Shown piece by piece: positions 63,381-64,000 of a stretch of 64,000 bases of DNA. Every line of letters starts with the position of its first letter. The stretch's first letter is position 1. Both the position numbers and the translations under genes were made by a program. Source of the DNA: Torpedo marmorata (taxonomy: Eukaryota); NCBI GenBank assembly GCA_977017645.1, contig OZ360222.1:123504001-123568000 (forward strand), written 5' to 3'. The notes beneath the pieces were generated by a model. The model was not told the origin of the DNA. It made no database searches and saw only the letters and a list, made by a program, of their open reading frames with translations.

Positions 63381-64000
63381 TGTGGCAGCCTGCCACTGCG
63401 GAGATCGAGCCAGCACATCGCGCGGCACGCGCAGTAGTAAACAGCGGCATAACACACTGTAACGCGACCCTTAGCATAGCGAACCAGCGCGGTTGAAAGC
63501 TGGAGCAGTACAAGACCAGCAGCCCTAAAATGGCGCTGGGGAAGAAGGGTATTCATATGCAAGAATGTTCCCGCCCGCTATTGTTATTCATCCGGCTGAT
63601 GTCAACCAATCAACCAAACGGCGGGAACTCCAACTGTATAAAAGAAGCATTTCCAGCCTCAATAAAGCAGAGAGCTTAACCTTCCACACTGCGTGTGTGT
63701 GTTTCTTCGTAGCAGTTGGCTACAATTGGTGACCCCGACGGTTTAGATGGCATCTAAACCCAGCGATGGATAGCGAAGCAGCGAACAGCGCAGTCGGCCT
63801 CAAGCTCCCGACCTTCTGGACAGTTCGACCCTGCGTGAGGTTCGACCAGGCTGAGGCTCAGTTCCAGATTCGGGGCATCACAGATGAGACCACACGGTAC
63901 TACCATGTGGTCAGCACCCTGGATCCAGAGACTACAGACAGGGTGGCCAACTTCATCCAGAGGCCACCATCGGAAGGCACTTACACTGCCTTCAAAGAGC
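63381..64000 (+). mobile_element. 5' end of a Gypsy/Ty3 LTR retrotransposon: LTR 63381-63724, tRNA-Trp PBS 63727-63740, start of gag
   Basis: TGTGGC...GCTACA LTR containing TATAAAA and AATAAA. PBS TGGTGACCCCGACG matches the known tRNA-Trp PBS. CpG-rich. Confidence 0.9.
63766..64000 (+). CDS. gag: Gypsy gag N-terminus (runs off the window)
   Basis: MDSEAANSAVGLKLPTFWTVRPCVRFDQAEAQFQIRGITDETTRYYHVVSTLD..., a KLPxFW...QxEAQF...TxYYHVV Gag motif. Open to the end of the window. Confidence 0.85.
   Translation, partial: MDSEAANSAVGLKLPTFWTVRPCVRFDQAEAQFQIRGITDETTRYYHVVSTLDPETTDRVANFIQRPPSEGTYTAFKE

Overview
Vertebrate nuclear DNA, most likely from a cartilaginous fish (inferred from HE1-like and SacSINE1/DeuSINE-like SINEs and the CR1/Rex1/Penelope mix). 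The window lies almost entirely inside two long introns of a Meis TALE-homeobox gene on the + strand. The only host exon I can support is a 146-bp exon at 32217-32362 ([49 protein letters not shown]), which corresponds to exon 8 of MEIS1/MEIS2, most likely MEIS1. The rest is repeat-poor candidate regulatory DNA, including a perfect DR5 retinoic-acid response element, plus many nested mobile elements. These are CR1, L2, Rex1/Babar and L1 LINEs, two Neptune-type Penelope elements, a Chapaev3-like DNA transposon, three hAT MITEs, two solo LTRs and the start of a Gypsy element. The most unusual signal is a set of short Penelope-derived insertions, several of them fold-back hairpins with their own target-site duplications, that carry minimal hammerhead ribozyme motifs. 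Family names come from recalled motifs, not database searches. I found no prokaryotic system or CRISPR array.
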